The notes under the pieces: model-generated
What the model was told of the DNA's origin: nothing
Seen by the model: only the letters and a program-made list of their open reading frames with translations
Databases searched by the model: none
DNA from: Chloroflexota bacterium
Lineage (GTDB): Bacteria; Chloroflexota; Anaerolineae; Aggregatilineales; Phototrophicaceae
Direction of reading: 5' to 3'
DNA: 64,000 bases
Assembly: GCA_039822165.1 (NCBI GenBank)
Contig: JBCBMS010000017.1
Location: 59,713 to 123,712 of the forward strand
In this document: one piece after another, positions 19,147 to 27,857 of the stretch
How the letters are laid out: the number at the start of each line of letters is the position of its first letter
How positions within the stretch are numbered: the stretch's first letter is position 1
Program-made: the position numbers and the translations under genes

Positions 19147-21420
19147 TTAACGGGGTTCAAACGTACGGATAAAGTTGACCACATGCCAGCGGTCTGTCTC
19201 GCTCTGCAATGCATTGCAGGCGGGCAAGCCCCGGAAGCCCTCGCGTGTGAAGTTGTACAGTTCCGCGTCGCGGGTGCGCGGCAGGCGCTCTACCAGTGCC
19301 TCAAAATCGCGGCTGTCGCGCTCCCACACGCAGTTCGTTGCATAGAGGTCAGCACCTGCTCTCAGTGAATCTGCATCCGGCAGCACCGTGTTAATCACAT
19401 CCGGTGGTGGGGCCGCCCCCAGCCCGGATTGCTCCTGTACATAACTGATGTAAGCAAAACTGCCCCGGATGATGACGCCCGTACTCACGACGCCGAGCAG
19501 CACCACACTCACCGTGAGCGCGTTCAGGTTCATGCGTTGCATAAAAGCCCGGTATGCCGGGGCCACGGCATAGCACAGTGCGGCGATTACACCTGCCAGG
19601 GCCAGCCAGTGCTGCCAGCGCGGCGGAATCGTCTCCAGCACACTCGCATCATTGGTGATGTTCCACTGATAGGCGAGGCGTGTGCTCTCGCCCTCTGCCG
19701 TCACCACATCCACCAGCGTCAGCCACTCGCCCTCAGTGTCAATCTCATCTCCAGCGGCCACGAACAGCGCATCTTCAACAGCTTCGGCTTCCAGCCACTC
19801 ACCGCGCACGTCCGTGGATGGCTGCACCATACGCACGAACACGGTATCAGGCGCGGCACGCCATGTCCCTACGAGAGCAGCCTCAGTTTCGGTCACCATG
19901 CGCACATCGTAGGTATTCACACCGGGGCCGCCGGGGCTGATGGTCATCTGCGCGGTGAGATTATCGGCGGCTGCGTCTGCACGCGGGGCAGGAACATCAC
20001 TCTCGATAAAATCCGGGGTGGGGGGCGGGGTGCTGCTCACAAACCCGGCACTGATCAGCACCGCAACCACGAATACCGCCTCCAGTGGCAATGTCACGCG
20101 CCAGCTGCCCATGCGCTCAATCAACGCCTGCCACTGTGCGTAACGCTCCGGGCGGGCCGCGATGTGATGTACCGCTCCCACGGCCAGCAGCCCGACGAAC
20201 AGCAGCATCTTGTACACCAGCGCCATTCCATACGACGTGCCCACATCCGCCGGACTGAACAGCCAGTTCAACGAGTTATAGATGCCGCTCGTCACCGTGA
20301 CCAGCAGCGCTGCCACCGCCACACCACTGAACCGCCGCATAGCCGCCAGCAGGGCCACCCGGCGTTTTTCACCCTCATACGGGCGCAGCGCCACCGGCAT
20401 CACCAGCACCAGCGCAACCAGCCCGCCCGTCCACACGCTCACGGCAGTCAGGTGCAGCCAGTGCATGAGCAACCCCACCCACGGCATCACCAGCGACCCC
20501 GCCGCGTGACTGCTCACCGCGAATGTGCCGGTCATCAGCGCGGTACCCCACATCAGCGCCCGCCAGAACGGCGCGATGGTGCGCGGTTTTTCGTCACGCC
20601 AGTAAATCGTGAGTGCCAGCAGCGCCGCCAGGATCAACAGCAGGGCCATGCGCACTGTCCACGTCTCACCAGAACGGGAGCCAATACGCGCCGTGTTCCA
20701 CAGGTTGCTGCCCACCACACGCGGCAGCGACGCATCAAACAGCACCATCGCATTCTGGAAAATCGCCAGCACATTCCCGGCAATCGCGACCGTCAGGGCC
20801 ACGCCTGCAATCCACGTCAGGCGGGTTAGCACGCGGGGGGGCAAAAACCCGGCAATGTACTGTTTGTTGCCCCACGCCGGGAGCAAAACCCGGTCGTACA
20901 GTACAAACACACCCAGCAGCAGCGCCGTGGATGTTAGCACAATCCCGCGCCACACGACTTCCAGCGGCACAGCGGCATCGCTGGCGGCGCTGCCCTCTAC
21001 CCCGGCCACGCGCTCACCGACGAAGAACACGCGCGTTTCGCCCACCACATGGCCATCACTGGCAAATGCCGGACGCAGGCTCACCACGTAAGCGCCGTCC
21101 GGTAGGTCAGTGGGCGGGCGCAGTACCAGCAGGCTATCATCTTCGGGATCCACGCCGCCGCTGGCAATCACCGTGCCGGTGTTATCCAGCAGTTCGATTC
21201 GGCTGAACTGGCGTTCGAGTGGCTCACTGAACCAGTACTGGACGCGCGTCGGTGCCCGTTCGAGTTCGGCGCGGTCTTCGGGAATAGAACGAACAATGTA
21301 GCCGTGTGCGCTCACCGGGCGCACCGCCAGCACTAACATCAGAAGGGTCAGCATTACGGCAGGAACGTAATATATTACGTCCCTGCACAGGCGTGTGCTT
21401 GCGCGGGCATGTCCTGCCAT
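19147..21420 (-). CDS. copper resistance CopC–CopD fusion protein (YcnJ-like) with C-terminal extracytoplasmic domain
   Basis: Signal peptide followed by a His-start CopC domain (HGYIVRSIPED...). Multi-TM CopD region rich in His. A C-terminal soluble domain with cytochrome-like spacing but no CXXCH. The start is ambiguous (ATG 21420 versus ATG 21339). Confidence 0.7.
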   Translation of the reverse strand: MAGHARASTRLCRDVIYYVPAVMLTLLMLVLAVRPVSAHGYIVRSIPEDRAELERAPTRVQYWFSEPLERQFSRIELLDNTGTVIASGGVDPEDDSLLVLRPPTDLPDGAYVVSLRPAFASDGHVVGETRVFFVGERVAGVEGSAASDAAVPLEVVWRGIVLTSTALLLGVFVLYDRVLLPAWGNKQYIAGFLPPRVLTRLTWIAGVALTVAIAGNVLAIFQNAMVLFDASLPRVVGSNLWNTARIGSRSGETWTVRMALLLILAALLALTIYWRDEKPRTIAPFWRALMWGTALMTGTFAVSSHAAGSLVMPWVGLLMHWLHLTAVSVWTGGLVALVLVMPVALRPYEGEKRRVALLAAMRRFSGVAVAALLVTVTSGIYNSLNWLFSPADVGTSYGMALVYKMLLFVGLLAVGAVHHIAARPERYAQWQALIERMGSWRVTLPLEAVFVVAVLISAGFVSSTPPPTPDFIESDVPAPRADAAADNLTAQMTISPGGPGVNTYDVRMVTETEAALVGTWRAAPDTVFVRMVQPSTDVRGEWLEAEAVEDALFVAAGDEIDTEGEWLTLVDVVTAEGESTRLAYQWNITNDASVLETIPPRWQHWLALAGVIAALCYAVAPAYRAFMQRMNLNALTVSVVLLGVVSTGVIIRGSFAYISYVQEQSGLGAAPPPDVINTVLPDADSLRAGADLYATNCVWERDSRDFEALVERLPRTRDAELYNFTREGFRGLPACNALQSETDRWHVVNFIRTFEPR
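21365..21380. promoter_or_regulatory. perfect 16-bp AT-rich palindrome ACGTAATATATTACGT at the 5' end of the copCD gene
   Basis: Seen directly. It extends to 22 bp with one mismatch and lies within otherwise GC-rich DNA. Depending on the start codon it falls in the 5'-UTR or in the first codons. Confidence 0.5.
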
Positions 21421-21428
21421 GCCCCTAC
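21405..21428. repeat. partial REP-like element (GGGCATG...CATGCCCCTAC) overlapping the longest copCD start
   Basis: The right arm CATGCCCCTAC matches the REP family. The left arm has diverged. Confidence 0.4.
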
Positions 21429-21490
21429 CGCTTTGCGTCTTTATGTCTTTGCGCCTTTGCGTTAAAAATGGTTTCACAGGTGCAGAAAAT

Positions 21491-21700
21491 CTAGTCCAGT
21501 TCAAAGCGTTCCATACTCTGTTCGCGTGCATCATCTGCGGGAGCCTGCGGGGTAGCATCGCCGCCTTTGTCATCGTCATATTCCAGCATGCGCGTCTGGA
21601 ACCAGCTTACGATCATCATGGCGACGAAGATCACCGCAATGCCGAGGAATATCAGCTCGTCATACCAGCCGAGTGCGCCATGTGCCAGCGGGAAAACCAT
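21491..21700 (-). CDS. small membrane protein (hypothetical)
   Basis: 69 aa with one TM helix and an acidic tail. It lies between trmD and copCD on the same strand. Confidence 0.3.
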   Translation of the reverse strand: MVFPLAHGALGWYDELIFLGIAVIFVAMMIVSWFQTRMLEYDDDKGGDATPQAPADDAREQSMERFELD

Positions 21701-21834
21701 AATCCACTCCGTTGCGCCCGTGTAAGGGCAGCACTTACTGCGTTTGCACCCATTCTAGCAGAACGCGCGGCAAATGTGCATATTTTCACGATTGAGATTA
21801 TTGCGGTAATCCGGGCGATGCATCGTCTGCGGCC

Positions 21835-22590
21835 CTACGGATTGCCTGAACGGGCTTCCGCATCCTCACTGGCGAACTTTGCCAGCAGATATTTTTCGTC
21901 GTCGGTGAGGTCGGCCTGCATGAGTAAGTCCGGGCGGTTTTGCCACGTGCGCCGCAGCGATTGTTCACGCCGCCACTGCTCAATAGCACCGTGGTTGCCG
22001 TCCTGGAGCACCTGTGGCACTTCGAGGCCCCGGTACACACGCGGACGCGTGTAGTGCGGCCCCTCCAACAACCCGTCCGCGTGCGAGTCGCGGTGCTGCG
22101 CCCCTTCTGCGCCGAGCACTCCCGGCAAAAAGCGCGTCACGGCGTCCACCACCACCATTGCCGCCAGTTCCCCGCCCGTGAGCACGTAGTCCCCGATGCT
22201 GATTTCGTCCGTGATAATCGTCTGGCGGATGCGCTCATCCGGGCCTTCATAGTGGGCGCAGACGATAGCCAATCGTTCTTCCTGCGCCAGTTCCACAGCG
22301 AGATCATGTGAAAAGAGGCGGCCCTGCGGGGTCATCAGCAGCACGCGGGTGGCCGGGAGGTCATCTGCCAGCACGGTTTCCACGGCATCCACCACCGGCG
22401 TGACCTGTAGAATCATGCCGCCGCCGCCGCCGTAGGGCGTGTCATCCACCTTGCGGTGTTTGTTGTCCGCATAATCACGGATGTCATGGGTGTGGAACTG
22501 TAACGCGCCGATGTCCTGTGCTTTGTACATCATGCTGTGGGACATGGGGGCGAACATCTCCGGGAAGAGGGTGAAAACATCAACTCTCAT
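21835..22590 (-). CDS. trmD: tRNA (guanine37-N1)-methyltransferase
   Basis: [13 protein letters not shown]...[10 protein letters not shown]...[11 protein letters not shown]; canonical TrmD SPOUT motifs. Start at ATG 22590. Confidence 0.9.
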   Translation of the reverse strand: MRVDVFTLFPEMFAPMSHSMMYKAQDIGALQFHTHDIRDYADNKHRKVDDTPYGGGGGMILQVTPVVDAVETVLADDLPATRVLLMTPQGRLFSHDLAVELAQEERLAIVCAHYEGPDERIRQTIITDEISIGDYVLTGGELAAMVVVDAVTRFLPGVLGAEGAQHRDSHADGLLEGPHYTRPRVYRGLEVPQVLQDGNHGAIEQWRREQSLRRTWQNRPDLLMQADLTDDEKYLLAKFASEDAEARSGNP

Positions 22591-23620
22591 GCTGTAGCAG
22601 TTCCCAGAATTCACTGTGTTTCATGGATGTAAAGTCGTCTTTCGTGATGATGTAGCCGCGCCGGGAAGTATACGCATAGAGCTTTTCGCCGCGTTCGGTT
22701 TTTAGCATTTCGGCCACTTCTCTCAATAGAAATTTGTCTCGCGCGTCAAACTTGCCTTTGGCCTCAATCCAGCATTTCAGGTCGGGCAGGTGAAAGTCCA
22801 CGAGGTAATTGCCCTCACCGAGCCGTTCTTCTTCGTAAATCCACTTGATGCCGCGTTCTTCGAGTTCTGCTGCCAGCCGGATTTCCAGTTGTGAGCGCAT
22901 CTGCACGCCCTTAAATTTCCCCGGCACCGCGCCAAATGTGCGTCCGGCCCCGGTTTTAGGGTGGGGGGTGCCTTCTTTCTGTGGCTCTTTGGCTTTTTTC
23001 TTTGCCTCGCGTTCATCTTTCTTTTTCGCCTTAGTTTCAGCACTTACCCTGCGATTAAAGGTGTTTACGAGAGTTGTGTCATGCCACAAGGGATGGTAAC
23101 CGGTACATTGCCACATCTGCGCTGAATTTGTATTCAGCAACATCAAAGCCTGTTCTGCAATTTGCTTTATTGTTTCGAAGTAGATTGAATCTTCTTCAGT
23201 TTGTGGCCACGGATGAGTAAGTGGTATCAAATGACGTGTGAGGCTGGTTGACCTGGGATTTCTGTAGGCACGTCGAATATTTGGTGGTGGTTCAACAGGA
23301 TAACAGATCTTTATCTGTGTGCGTTTACGCCCGGTTCTTTTGACTGTATTGTGAAATTGTAGAATTATTGCTTCTGAAAAGGTTCTGCCAACCGGTGTAT
23401 CCATTGTTTTTTTGATACGTGTGTCAATATCGAGTTCTTTGCAGGTAGCATGTAACTTTGCAGTTGTTAGTCGGCCTATGGCTTCACACATGTTTATCAC
23501 ACGCTGATGGCAATCTGCCATATCAAGCGCACGCTCATCGACCTTAAGCTGTGTCTTGAGAATATTGTTTTGAGGCTTTTCAAACTTACCATCACCATCA
23601 AATTGTAGTGTTATTAGCAT
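22580..23620 (-). CDS. hypothetical protein with C-terminal PD-(D/E)XK nuclease-like motif, low-GC
   Basis: The C-terminus carries a D...E-x-K pattern ([18 protein letters not shown]). The N-terminal two-thirds is AT-rich. The 3' end overlaps the trmD start by 11 nt. Confidence 0.4.
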   Translation of the reverse strand: MLITLQFDGDGKFEKPQNNILKTQLKVDERALDMADCHQRVINMCEAIGRLTTAKLHATCKELDIDTRIKKTMDTPVGRTFSEAIILQFHNTVKRTGRKRTQIKICYPVEPPPNIRRAYRNPRSTSLTRHLIPLTHPWPQTEEDSIYFETIKQIAEQALMLLNTNSAQMWQCTGYHPLWHDTTLVNTFNRRVSAETKAKKKDEREAKKKAKEPQKEGTPHPKTGAGRTFGAVPGKFKGVQMRSQLEIRLAAELEERGIKWIYEEERLGEGNYLVDFHLPDLKCWIEAKGKFDARDKFLLREVAEMLKTERGEKLYAYTSRRGYIITKDDFTSMKHSEFWELLQHES

Positions 23621-23662
23621 AGTTTTTCCCGGCGTCTCTGCGCCTCTGCGTCAAAAAACTGT

Positions 23663-23688
23663 TGGGCGAGGCATGGCCTGCGCCGCTA
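23663..23688. repeat. REP-like element (reverse orientation), near-identical to the copy at 42660-42686
   Basis: GGGCGAGGCATGGCCTGCGCCGCTAC is the reverse complement of GTAGCGGCGCAGGCCATGCCTCGCCC. That is one mismatch from the 42660 copy. Confidence 0.65.
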
Positions 23689-23745
23689 CGGCGGCCACAA
23701 CGTGCTGTACAGACAGAGTAGGCTCTGTCCACCAGACAACCGACG

Positions 23746-24294
23746 CTATAACCATTCACGCCAGTAGGTGTAGACAATCAACGTATGGTTTGCAGGTAAA
23801 TCCTGTAATTCATTCACCAGTTTAATCGGAGCCGCACGAGCTTCGCCCACAACTGGAGTGAACGTTGCGAGATCCACATCAGTGCTGACGAGCGAAATTG
23901 TTGCACAATCAAAATATCCGACTGTTATCGCGCGATTGAAATCGCAATCAACCCGTTCGCCATTGGCCACAGAATAGGAAGTCTCTGACCAGAAATCTGA
24001 CATTATGTCAAACTCAGGACGAAATCCTTCATAGTATTTCTGGACTTCACCCATAGAGTCTGGGGTCAGAAAGTAAACCTTCGTGAAGATATTGTCATAC
24101 CAGTAGCCAGATTCATCGACCAGTTTTTCGGCATTCGGATAGGCTCTGAAAGTACTTTCAATGCGCCACTGTGGTATGAACTCGAAATAAACAAGTGCCC
24201 CAATTCCCCATGTCAGTGGGCAAAACAAAATGGAGACAAACAAAATCATAAGAACACGAAAAATGTTCGAAGTAACTTTACGACGGTTATCCAT
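23746..24294 (-). CDS. hypothetical membrane-anchored protein, low-GC
   Basis: N-terminal TM helix (IFRVLMILFVSILFCPLTWGIGALVYF). AT-rich codon usage. Confidence 0.35.
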   Translation of the reverse strand: MDNRRKVTSNIFRVLMILFVSILFCPLTWGIGALVYFEFIPQWRIESTFRAYPNAEKLVDESGYWYDNIFTKVYFLTPDSMGEVQKYYEGFRPEFDIMSDFWSETSYSVANGERVDCDFNRAITVGYFDCATISLVSTDVDLATFTPVVGEARAAPIKLVNELQDLPANHTLIVYTYWREWL

Positions 24295-24299
24295 CCAGA

Positions 24300-26312
24300 C
24301 TACTCCACGACCTGCACACTCGTCAGATACGCCCATGTGCCGATGACAGTTTCCGGGTCGTCCGGGTAAGCGACAGGCAGCGCGTCGTCCGGCGTCACGG
24401 GATCATACACGATGAACAGAATATCGTAGGTGCCGGGAGGCGCATCACACGGAACCTCAATGTAGCTGTCGTCACTGTAGGCGCGTCCGGGGATCCACTG
24501 CTGCGCCAGCACAAGCGACAGTTGATCGTCCGATGCCCTCAATACCTGCCCGTCCGACTGTGAGACCATCTTCACGCCCAGGCTGTAATTCACCGGGAGC
24601 GCATCGGCACCACGCCACCAGCTCTGCACATGGAGCGTATCACACGCCGCAAGCTCATACGGCGTCACCATCTGCCAGTCCAGCAGGGTGATGTCCGGGC
24701 CATAGACAAAATTCGGGGGCGTGTCCGGCAGGCGCTGCCAGCGGGTGGCGATGAACTTCTCGCCCGGTACATCCGTCTGTGCCACGCCGAACTGCTCCGC
24801 GATGGTGGCATTCACCTCATCGGAGTGGCTCTGGAAGTTCAACTGGAAGTGCCATAGCTGCTGGCGACCCTCCAGATACGCGCGTACCGCGTCCAGTGAT
24901 TCGGGTGAGTTGTCCTGCGCAGCGTGAACAAGCGGCTGCGGGAACACATTCACCATGCGCTCAAACTCAACATCGCGCAGCACATGGTACACGTCCTCCG
25001 GCGGGATGCGCTCACCACTGGCCTGACGCTCACGGGCATAGTACGTTGCGACGATTTGCTCCGCACGCGCAGGAATATCCAGGAAGATGCCGTCTCCGGG
25101 CTGGTACTGCCCTGCCATGTAATCGGGAATCTCCGCGAAGAAGCGGCGATGATCCGGCAGCCAGTGCGTGGTATACCCGGCGACAATCACCAGTACGGCA
25201 ATCACTGCCTGTAAGCGGCGTGGCATATTCGCCAGCCCGGAAGCCGCCACCACGCAAATGAACGGCAATATCACGATCATGTTGCGGTCATTCAGGCTCG
25301 GTGAAACGCTGTGCAGCGCGACGGCGATCACAAAAATGCCGACGATCATCGTCAGCGGGAACCCGCCGCGCCATACCCGCTGAAATCTGAAGCGCGTCAT
25401 GTCACCGGACGTGTATTGCAGCGTATTGAGCGTCAGTACGCCGAACAGAAACGCCATCGCCAGTATGCCGGTGGGCCGGGACTGAAACTGCACGTACAGA
25501 TACGCCAGCACATCGAAGATGCTGCCCTGCACGAACTGCAAATTGCTGCCGCCGCCACCGCCCATCAGTGAGTGCAGCACCACCAGACCCCATCCGGCCA
25601 CAAATCCGGCTCCCACAGCGGCGAACAGGGCCAGTGCCCGTAGCGGATACAGGTCACGCCACCGCACAAAAATCGCCACGGCCACTGCCTGCGCGAGTAT
25701 GGTGACCGTGCCGTAGTAGTGGGTGTACGCGAACATCAACCCCAGTGCGACGTACAGCACAGCAAACGCGCCACGTCCGCTGCGCAGCCACAGCAGCAGC
25801 ACAGCCGTTGTCCCGGCAGCGCCCATCACCAGCAGCCCGTAGGAGTTCCCCTCATAGGCGTAGTGCTGAACCAGCGGCAGCAGCCCCAGCATCAGCGCGG
25901 CCCACACGCCCGTCACCCGGTTGAACAGCATGCGCCCGATCTGATAGGTGAACGCCAGTGCCAGCAGCAAAAACAGCCCCGACAGATAGCGCGTGATGAA
26001 CTCGTGATGGCCGAACACCCGTATCCACTGCGAGGCAATGATGTGGTACATCGGTGGGCTGATGTCCTGGCTGAGCTGCGCGAGTAGATCCGGCAGGGTG
26101 TTCATGGATTGATAGATCCGCCAGCCTTCGTCGCCGCGATAGCCCAGCCCCCGGAACTGCCACATGGGCAGCAGCAGGCAGTAGACGCTCACCACCGCCA
26201 TCGAGAGCCACGCTCCGGCGCGTGCCACCTGCGCGGATGTAACATTTGACGTGACTGTTACGGGTTGATCTGTCGCAGTGGATGATGTGATGGTGGTCTG
26301 TTTGACGGTCAT
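24300..26312 (-). CDS. GT-C family membrane glycosyltransferase (GT39/GT83 ArnT-like) with large C-terminal soluble domain
   Basis: Multi-TM core. First-loop acidic motif (YRGDEGWRIY). A ~230-aa C-terminal extracytoplasmic domain. This is the third paralog in the window. Confidence 0.65.
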   Translation of the reverse strand: MTVKQTTITSSTATDQPVTVTSNVTSAQVARAGAWLSMAVVSVYCLLLPMWQFRGLGYRGDEGWRIYQSMNTLPDLLAQLSQDISPPMYHIIASQWIRVFGHHEFITRYLSGLFLLLALAFTYQIGRMLFNRVTGVWAALMLGLLPLVQHYAYEGNSYGLLVMGAAGTTAVLLLWLRSGRGAFAVLYVALGLMFAYTHYYGTVTILAQAVAVAIFVRWRDLYPLRALALFAAVGAGFVAGWGLVVLHSLMGGGGGSNLQFVQGSIFDVLAYLYVQFQSRPTGILAMAFLFGVLTLNTLQYTSGDMTRFRFQRVWRGGFPLTMIVGIFVIAVALHSVSPSLNDRNMIVILPFICVVAASGLANMPRRLQAVIAVLVIVAGYTTHWLPDHRRFFAEIPDYMAGQYQPGDGIFLDIPARAEQIVATYYARERQASGERIPPEDVYHVLRDVEFERMVNVFPQPLVHAAQDNSPESLDAVRAYLEGRQQLWHFQLNFQSHSDEVNATIAEQFGVAQTDVPGEKFIATRWQRLPDTPPNFVYGPDITLLDWQMVTPYELAACDTLHVQSWWRGADALPVNYSLGVKMVSQSDGQVLRASDDQLSLVLAQQWIPGRAYSDDSYIEVPCDAPPGTYDILFIVYDPVTPDDALPVAYPDDPETVIGTWAYLTSVQVVE

Positions 26313-26579
26313 GGGCGGTCACCCTGCAAGGCTATGGACAACGACGGCACATCATAGTCGGCGTGAAGTTGGGGCGTCAAGCGTGGGGGGCCTGGTTACA
26401 AACGAGGCTTCCAAAAATTATCTGCGTCAGAAAAAAGGTATGCATTTTTCGTATGTCACGCATCAATGTATTACATGTGTAACTGTGCAGGATCACCTGT
26501 GATTTATGTCACTTATGCACGAATACCCGCACAGATCATAATACAGGCATAAAGACGGATTAATCTAACGGAGGCTACC

Positions 26580-27788
26580 ATGACCAGAAAACAGATCGTA
26601 ATCGTTGGGGCCAGCTTTGCCGGATACACAGCCGCACTGGAACTGTACGAGAAGCTCGGTAATCGCCACGACATTACCGTGATTGATCGCAAGACCCACT
26701 TTTTGTTTATGCCATCCCTCATCTGGTATCCGTTTGGCCTGCGCGAAGAAGAAGACATCAGCTACGATGTGCGCCCCGCTTTCGAGCAACGTGGCATCAA
26801 CTTCATTCAAACGGAAGCCACCCGTTTTGACCTCGAAAATAAGCGCGTTGAGACGCTGGACGGCGACGTAGCCTATGACTTCCTCGTCGTGGCCACTGGC
26901 CCGAAGCCAGACTACGACTACATCCCCGGCGTGAAGCAGTTCTCACAGTCGATCCTGGGGATTGGCGCGGCAGAGAAGGCCCGCGAAGCCTGGGAAAACC
27001 TGCTCGAAGACCCCGGCCCGGTGGTGGTTGTGGCTCCGCAGGGCGCAGCGTGCTTTGGCGCGGCCTATGAGTTCCTGTTCAATGCACGGCACCAGGCCGG
27101 TAAGAACAAACTGGCCAATGAGATTAAGTTCACCTATATCAGTGCAGAGCCATTCCCCAGCCACTTTGGCATCGGTGGATTTGCGAATGGAGAGTTCCTG
27201 ACGAAGGCGTTCTTCAAGCTGTTCGACATCGACAGCCGCTTTAATACAGGCGTGCAGGAAGTCTGCCCGGATGGTGTCCGCCTCAGCGACGGGGAGTTCC
27301 TGCCATCGAAATACACGATGGTGATGCCCCGCTTCCTCGGCGTGGATGCGGTTCGCAATAGCCCCGGCCTTGCTAATGCAGGTGGCTGGATTGAGGTAGA
27401 CGATGGTTATCGCCACCCGGTTTACCCCGAAGTATTCGCTGCTGGTGTTGCCGTTCAGGTAGACCCACCGGAGGAAACAGAAGTCGCGTGTGGCGTTCCG
27501 AAGACGGGCTTCCCATCTGAGGAGATGGCAAAGGTTGTCGCAAATAACATCGCTGCCGACATTGAAGGCGGCAAGTACAAAGAACTGGCCTACGGCGACA
27601 TCCCGGCTTTATGTGTGATGGACGCCGGTAACATGGGCATGATGATCCTTGGCGATAAGATGCTCCCGAATCGAAATATCCAGATGATTATTCCGGGGCC
27701 GCAGGCACACTGGGCCAAGCTGGCATTCGAAAAGTACTTCATGAACATGCTGGAGCGCAGTACAACGCCGAAGAAGGTTCGTGCATAG
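26580..27788 (+). CDS. FAD-dependent pyridine nucleotide-disulfide oxidoreductase, sulfide:quinone oxidoreductase/NDH-2-like
   Basis: IVIVGASFAGYTAALEL FAD-binding Rossmann fold. Conserved Cys contexts (GAACFGAAYEF; PALCVMDAGN) resemble SQR catalytic cysteines. Confidence 0.55.
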   Translation: MTRKQIVIVGASFAGYTAALELYEKLGNRHDITVIDRKTHFLFMPSLIWYPFGLREEEDISYDVRPAFEQRGINFIQTEATRFDLENKRVETLDGDVAYDFLVVATGPKPDYDYIPGVKQFSQSILGIGAAEKAREAWENLLEDPGPVVVVAPQGAACFGAAYEFLFNARHQAGKNKLANEIKFTYISAEPFPSHFGIGGFANGEFLTKAFFKLFDIDSRFNTGVQEVCPDGVRLSDGEFLPSKYTMVMPRFLGVDAVRNSPGLANAGGWIEVDDGYRHPVYPEVFAAGVAVQVDPPEETEVACGVPKTGFPSEEMAKVVANNIAADIEGGKYKELAYGDIPALCVMDAGNMGMMILGDKMLPNRNIQMIIPGPQAHWAKLAFEKYFMNMLERSTTPKKVRA

Positions 27789-27857
27789 GTCTGCATCGCA
27801 ATTACACACCATGCGGGCGTGGCCGCTACGACCACGCCCCTGCGGTGTACAGTGTGC

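Noticed and set aside
22580-24300. Searched for integrase/transposase/tRNA flanks around the low-GC islets (1187-2104, 22580-24300, 47642-49377)
   Set aside because: No recombinase, IS-like inverted repeats or tRNA/tmRNA attachment sites were recognisable. The islets are reported as compositional anomalies only, not as defined mobile elements.
26580-27788. Linking the SQR-like oxidoreductase functionally to the sulfur-carrier met cluster
   Set aside because: The genes are ~18 kb apart, on different transcription units, with unrelated neighbours. No evidence of coupling in this window.
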